Positions 56,736 to 64,000 of a stretch of DNA of 64,000 nt are shown piece after piece. The position numbers and the translations under genes were made by a program. Under the pieces are notes generated by a model that ran no database searches, had not been told where the DNA came from, and was given only the letters and a program-made list of their open reading frames with translations. The stretch's first letter is position 1; every line of letters begins with the position of its first letter. The DNA is taken from positions 62,001 to 126,000 of the forward strand of contig JASVEC010000026.1 of NCBI GenBank assembly GCA_030770535.1, read 5' to 3'. Origin of the DNA: Batkoa obscura. Lineage: Eukaryota.

Positions 56736-59700
56736 ATGATTTTAACCAAAAGCATAACAAAACGATTAAGCTTCAATTTTCTACAAAAATCAATATCTTT
56801 AACTTTAAAACAAACATATTATTTTAACAAAAAGTTAACAACAACCAACAATAAAGTTATGAACTTCAATTTATCTCAATCTTCAGGAAGTGTTAGTGAA
56901 CCCACTAAACCATTGGAAAAGTTAAATAAAGGAGAATTAGTACCTAAAGAAGTAAGGATGGATTTTGATTAAATTTAGATAACTGAAACTAATATTTACT
57001 ATCCTCTTCTCCCATTATATAGGAAACTCAAGTAGTTAACTTTTTAAAAAAGTATCCTAATTTTGATGGACGTAATACGGTAGTGGCTATCCTAGATACT
57101 GGTAGATTATTTATTCACCATTTAAAAAATACAAAATTTAGTATTGATTTTTAATATGATAGGTGTCGACCCAGGTGCAGCTGGTTTACAAGTAAACCTA
57201 TAATCCCTTTAATATTATATTGTCACTAACTCTCCAAACTTACAGGTAACTTCTGAAGGTAAGCCCAAGATCATTGATATCATTGATTGCACTGGTAGTG
57301 GTGATGTTAAAATCAGTGAAACATCAGTTAAGTTAACTAGTGACAATGATAACGATAATGATAAAAAGTACATCACTGGTTTAACTGGACGCAAATTATA
57401 TCTTAATCCAAAATGGAAGAATCCAACAGAAGAATACTTTTTGGGTATTAAAGCAATTAAAGAACTTTATCCAGGGGATGTGGAAAGTAGAGTTTCCAAG
57501 GTAAATAGCTGTTTTTTTAAACAAAGGCACTTTGTTGATGAGAATTTATTTTAGTCAAGAGCAAAGAAACAAGGAGAAGATAATGCATCCTTGGTGGAGA
57601 AAGTAAAGACCGAATTATCTAAGTTGAAAAACGGTACTAGTAAAGAAGAGAGCACTAAAGATAGGATCAAAGAGTTAGAAGCTCAAGATGAAGTACTTAA
57701 TACTTTAATGACTCAATTTAAAAAAGAGAATAATACCATGTTAGATGTAATTGTATTTAATGATGGCGAAAATTATCGTGTAGCAGTTGATTGGGATCAA
57801 AATGGGGATTTATCAGGTAACATAATATTAAATTTAATTAACTAATTTAATATTAACAATTTTTAATACAGAATCCGAAGCTTTATTAGATTATTCTATT
57901 AATAGAGAATATTGGAAATTAAATTATAAAAAATTTCCCTATGAATTATTAAATATTAACGTTAAAATTTATGCCAATGGTAAATTGATTTCTTTAGTAT
58001 CTTCTGCTGGTACCCATGCTACTCATGTAGCTGGTATCTTAGCTTCACATCATCCAGAGGATACTTCTTTAGATGGTGTTGCTCCTGGTGCACAGATTGT
58101 TTCTTTAAAAATAGGAGATACTCGATTAGGTTCTATGGAAACTCAACTTGGATTAACTCGAGCCATCTCAGCTATGGTACAACATAAATGTGATTTAGCT
58201 AACATGAGTTATGGAGAAGCTAGTAAATTACCTAATCAAGGACGGTTCATTCATTGGTTAAGTCAAGAAATTATCCGTCGATATAATTGTATCTTTATCT
58301 CTTCAGCAGGTAATGAAGGACCAGCTTTATCTACTGCTGGCTCACCTGGTGGTACATCAGATGATGTTATTGGTGTTGGTGCCTATGTCAATCATTCTAT
58401 GATGAAAACGGATTATTCTGCATTAGAATATGGACCTGAAATGGCTTATTCTTGGAGTTCTAGAGGACCTACTACAGATGGTGATTCAAGTGTTGATATC
58501 TATGCGCCAGGTGGTGCTATTACCAGTGTACCAACCTATATACTTTATAAAACTCAATTAATGAACGGAACTTCTATGTCATCACCTAATTTAGCAGGTT
58601 GTATTTCATTATTAGTATCTGCAATGAAACAAGAGAATTTAATTTATACCACTTATCGTATTCAACATGCTATTAAGAATACAGCAAAATCCTTTCCATT
58701 AAGAGATTGTCATGACAAAGTATCTAAAACTGGAATTATTCAAGTTGAAAAAGCATGGGATTATTTGAATTGTTTTAAAGAAGAAGCTGATTTAGATACT
58801 AAACCATCAATTACAATTACCAATCATAATAATCGTAGAGGTATTTATTTAAGAGAAAAAGATGAAACTCAAGCTCCTTTCTTTGCTAATGTTTCTGTAG
58901 CTCCTAAATTTATGAATGAAAATTCAGTCGTATTTGGAGAAGATATTAATGTTAAAAAATATGATTTTCAATTATATTTATCCCTTTCCACTAATGATAG
59001 TTTTATTAAAGTACCTGATGTTATTGCTTATAATAATGGAGGTAAAAATTTTACTTTTAAAGTAGATCCTACTCATTTAGAACCTGGTCATGTGTATCAT
59101 GGGGAAGTACAGGTAAATTAAATTATTATTTATAATGTAATTTATTAATTAATTTTGTTTTACTAAGGGATGGGATTCGAATAATTTTAATAAAGGAACT
59201 ATATTAAAGATACCAGTTACAATAATTAAGCCAATTATATTACAAACACCAATATTTAAGTTAGATAATTTTAAAGTAAGTCCAGGATCAATATTACGTC
59301 GATTTATTTCAGTACCAGATGAAGCTACTTATTGTGAAATGAAAATAACTACAGCTTCTTCCTCTAATAACCCAGTTAGGATGTATGCTCATATGGTTCA
59401 ATTAGTACCTAATGAAAGATTTAGTGAATATGAACATCAATACATGTTATCATTTGATCCTAATTCAAATGAAGATTTAGACATGAATGGTACACAAACA
59501 GAAAAAAGAGTATTTAAAGTAATTGGTGGACGCACAATTGAAATTTGTTTAGTTCAATTTTGGGCTAACGTTGGAAATCAACAATTTAATATTGAATTTA
59601 ATTTTCATGGAATTAAATTATTACCATATAGCAATATATCAAATAATACTCCTTTAATTTTAGATTCAAATATTAATCATAAATTAGACTTAATATCAAC

Positions 59701-61237
59701 ATTAAGAAATGAAACTAAAGTTAAATTAAATGGTAATTTAGATACTTTATTAAAATATACAACTCCAATCAATTTTAAATTAAGTACATTAATAAGCGAA
59801 CGTGATTTATTGCCACCTAACAATACAAGATTATATCAATTAATATTAGAATATGATTTTACTATCACTAATCTTCAAACGCCAGTTACATTACAATTAC
59901 AATATTCACAAAGTATGGAAAAATTTTTATATGATTCCTTTTTAGATGGCTTTTTTGTAATTATTTATGATGCTTTTAATAAGCCAATTTCATATGACGA
60001 AGTATCGCCAAGAAATCATATATTACCTTATTTAGGAGATTATAAAATTAAAATAGAATTAAATCATATTGATCCAAAAATATTAGATAAATTAAAAAAT
60101 GATTCAATATTAGGTTTAAAACTAAAATTACCAAAAAATAAAGAAACTTTATTAAACTTTTATAATCATCCTTATTTAGATTATATCAATGGAAGTAATA
60201 CTTTACAAAGAATAGATTTAAAGAAAAAAGAATTTAATTCAATTTATTTAAAATCATCTGGATTTATTGATAATATTGATGCTAAAGCAGGTGATTTGTT
60301 ATTAGGTAATATTAATTTTGGAGTAGATAATGGATTAAGCAATAATGAGAAATTAAGTATTGGTATGTTAATACCACCTAAAATTAATTTAAAAGATTCA
60401 GAAGAAGAAAATAAAGCTCCTGCTTATGATGAAGTATTTATTACAGAGGAAGATAAAATGGAATTTAAATTAATTAAAAGTCAATTAGAAAGTATTGATA
60501 ATAGTAATAATTTAGAATGGAAATTAAAACAAATGGAGAGAATAATTAATTCAATTAAAGAAAATCACTTTAAATCAACAGCACAAGAAGAAAAAGATCA
60601 AAAAGAATGTCAATTACGTTATAAATTAGAAATTATTCATACTTTAATTAATAGTTTAATTAATGTATCTAAATTAGATAAATTACCTTTATTTGAAGAT
60701 AATCAATATAATATAATTGTAGAATCAATTTACAATTTTAGTGAAGAATTAATTGATTCTAATGAAATTCGAACTTATTTTAATTTAAAAAAGAAAGATA
60801 TTAAAATTCAATCTAAAAATGAAATTCAACGTAATATTTTAGATAAAGTTCAATTATTAAAATTATTAATAGAGATTTCTAAAATTAATGAAGAAAAAGA
60901 AATTAAATTAAATCAAATTCAACAATTAAAAGATATTTTAATTAATGTACAATCAAATGATTGTGGATTAAGTAATGGTAGTGATTATTTAATATTATTA
61001 TCTGAAATTCAAATTCATCAATTTTCAAATGAATATGGATTAGCTCTTAAAAAAGTTATAGAATATTCAGAAAAGAAATTAATTTATTCAAGTAAAAATA
61101 AACAAAAACTAAGTTATCTTTTAGATCTTCAAGCTAGTTTAATTAAGAAATTAAAATATGATTCAGTATGGAAATCATTTATTTTAAACAAAAAGTTAAT
61201 TCAATTTCCTGATATTAAAAATGAAATTTATGGTTAA
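56736..61237 (+). CDS. TPP2: Tripeptidyl-peptidase II (S8 subtilase), spliced; alternative start at 56859
   Basis: [55 protein letters not shown] and [10 protein letters not shown]; the catalytic D/H/S triad is intact. Confidence 0.95.
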
Positions 61238-61288
61238 TTTGATTTAAATAAAATAAATTGATTTAAATCAAAGTTATATATTTATATA

Positions 61289-62560
61289 TTAAATTTTATT
61301 ATTTTGTTTTAATATTTTATAAATAAAATGATTTTCACCTAAACTATAATTTAATGATTTTTTTTGATAATAGTTTTGCATTAATTCAATATTTTCAATA
61401 ATATCAGATAATAAATGAGCTTGTTCCACCAACATACCAGGTGCACTAATATTTTCAACATGAGTTACATGTACATGAAAATGATCTATATAAATAAGAA
61501 TTCAATTAATAAACTTAATAAACATAATACTATTCTATTTAAAAAAATAAAACTTCAAAATACTTACAATAACTTGGTGGATAATGAACATACAATTTCA
61601 ATTGATTTTTTTGAACTTCCCCATTAAACTTCTTCTCCACTATTTGAGGTACTGTATTTAATATATTTTTCAATAAAGGTAAATCTTCTTTTGACAATTG
61701 TCTTAAATTTTGAATCTTCTTTCTAACAATAACTAAAAGATACAATGAACTCATAGTTTGACGGTCCCATTTACTATTAACAATTATTTTAGTAATTGTT
61801 AAAATAAATGATTTTTTATTCACAATAATCTATTGAAATTAAAATTCAATTCTAATTCTTACCTATCAGGCATTAAAACAAATCCCGTATTCTCATTTTG
61901 ATCATTAAAAATAATACTCTCCTGTTCTTTTTCTCCATTTAAAATATTATAAACCCAATCAATATGTTTTTCCGGCAATTCATTAATCGCTGGTAATACA
62001 ATCTTTTCATAATCCTCTATAGTTTCTTTAATCATAATACGTTTTTGATAACTATATTTATTAATATGCTAACAAACGAAAATTTGGATTATTATAAATT
62101 AAAAGAGGTTAAGTATAGGTAAAGGGAAATAGAAATAATGACTTACTGTTTGAGTAGCTGGATAAATTAATTGTAATTTAATATCAAAATAAGAAGTTTG
62201 AGTAATTTTATTATTATCATTATTATTATTATTCAAGTTCCCTTGAAACCAATAATAAATATCATTATTATCTACCATTTTCAAATCTTTAATTCTTGAG
62301 ATCAGTACATTCCTACCTTCATTATTACTCTCATTATCTATCTTTTGAACATCATCTCCCTCTTTTTCTTCCTTGTCACTATTAGAGAAGTCGGTTTTTA
62401 AGTCCATTAATTCAAATTGTAATTTCTCTAAAAACAATAAAGCTTCTTTTTTTTGACCATTTTCCTGGATGTATCCTAATAATATTACTTTCTTTAACGC
62501 TGGATCTTCATGGATTAATTGTTGATATTGAAATCGTTGAATTAATTGAGTACAAGTCAT
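61289..62560 (-). CDS. DCS1: m7GpppX diphosphatase (scavenger decapping enzyme, HIT family), spliced
   Basis: NNDIYYW, LIYPAT.THI.KY, WVYNIL.G..E, GFVLMPD.KWD, YVHYPPSY|YHFHVH (HIT motif) and AHLL.DII.N. Confidence 0.92.
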
Positions 62561-62921
62561 CTTTGTAAACTTCAATCAAGAAGGAATTTGGATTGGCATT
62601 TTTTGAATATTTTAATAAGTGGAGTTTTAATCGTTTTTTATTGCTATCTATTAAATTGAATTTCTTTGAAATCAAGTCAAGTACTAATTTTAATCAACTT
62701 AATTTTGGAATTTGTATAATAATTAAGGATTTTAGACAATATCTACTTAAAAAAGAGTTTATTGAGTTTTCATCAAAATAATAATTCTATTAAGATACTT
62801 CTCAGTTTTTTATTTTAAAAATAGAATAATATAAGATTAGAGTTGAAATCATAATTAATAAATATTAGTTTTACATAAATATACTAAGCAAAAGAAGTTA
62901 AAATGATAATAATTTTTATAC

Positions 62922-63017
62922 AAAGGTGTTTTTTTGATCTTATCACTTTTTCTATTTTTCAAGCACTATTTAAGTAAAATAGCTGTTAGCAAAATTTTTA
63001 AACAAAAAATACATCTT
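62922..63017. mobile_element. Degenerate MITE copy
   Basis: AAGGTGTTTTTTT...CAAGCACTATTTAAGT...AAATACATC is colinear with the family. Confidence 0.65.
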
Positions 63018-63740
63018 TATATAATAAAAATAAATTAAAAAATCAAAAGCTAAAAGTTTATTAATTTTTTAATATTTTTACTCTAGATAATTTATTTATT
63101 TTAATAATTAACATTTTTATTTCATTATTTTTATTATCAGTTTTTTTTTTAATATGAATAACTTTATCATTATTATTAATAGTTATAAAAAATTTAAATG
63201 GAGATGAGAATAAAATATCATTACTTTTAGCATCTGCTAACTAAATATTATAATTTTATTATTTTAGTATTTAATATTTTATTTTTATTTTATTTTTAAA
63301 ATCAAATATAACTGGTTTTAAATAAAATATACTTTCATTTATATTTATTTTATAGCCTGATTTTTCTATCTTTTAAATGTTTTTATTATCAATATTAATA
63401 ATACAAGTATTTATCAATGGTGAAAAACTATTTAATTCCTTTTTAAAAACATTAAATAACTTTTTGAATTATATTTAATTAGTATTATATTTATTAGTAT
63501 TTATACTATATATTTAAAAAAATTTCAAAATTTTAAAATTTCCCTTATCAATTATATAAATTTTATTAAAATAATTACTAAGTTATATAATGTTGTTATA
63601 CATTAAAATTAAACCATTGTTATTAACTTTAGTCCATTTTCATTGATCAGTGAAACTATTATCTGATAAACATGTTATGTGCGTATCTTTATTTAGTATT
63701 GTTTTATTTTTGTTATCTTATATAAAACCACTCAAATAAT

Positions 63741-64000
63741 AAATTTTACTAACAATTTTTCCGCTCAAATAGCGCTTAAAAAATGGAAAAAATAATGAAG
63801 CTAAAAAAACACCCCCTGTGAAATATCGGTTCATTAGCTCTAGGATTGATTATAATATGATAATCAATTCAGAGTTCCTTATATATATTTGCTGTGAGAA
63901 TTGCTACCACCTGGTTACGAAGAACTTATTGTCCACGTTTTAATGTCCATACTTGGCAACTATAATAAGGAATAGCTGTTATAATGTTCTTTATATATAG
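63741..64000. mobile_element. Partial MITE (63741-63816) directly followed by an LTR (from 63817, truncated by the window end)
   Basis: ...AAACACCCCC then TGTGAAATATCGG; the LTR resembles the long variant at 2604. Confidence 0.85.

Overview
AT-rich, intron-containing eukaryotic DNA with short GT-AG introns. The gene content suggests an early-diverging fungus, possibly Entomophthoromycotina (inference only). Housekeeping genes: QRI7, BUB2, VAC14, RKI1, aspartate aminotransferase, cysteinyl-tRNA synthetase, PP4R1-like, TPP2 and DCS1. There is also a divergent Ser/Thr-dehydratase domain fused to a ~950-aa acidic N-terminus, two families of 7TM receptor-like paralogs with pseudogenes, and a small secreted prepro-peptide. 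The most striking structure is a three-level transposon nest at 43289-53832. A Sola2-like DNA transposon (22-bp perfect TIRs, ATAT TSD) contains a solo LTR, which contains an intact Ty3/Gypsy element with apparently identical 400-bp LTRs. That element has a -1 frameshift signal with a predicted pseudoknot, an AT-hook and a degenerate dUTPase-like domain. A ~98-bp MITE family (about 9 copies) sharing the Sola2-like termini, several related solo LTRs and decayed Sola copies are scattered through the window. Three genes have two in-frame ATGs separated by an organelle-targeting-like peptide. All comparisons were made by eye; exon boundaries are hand-derived.
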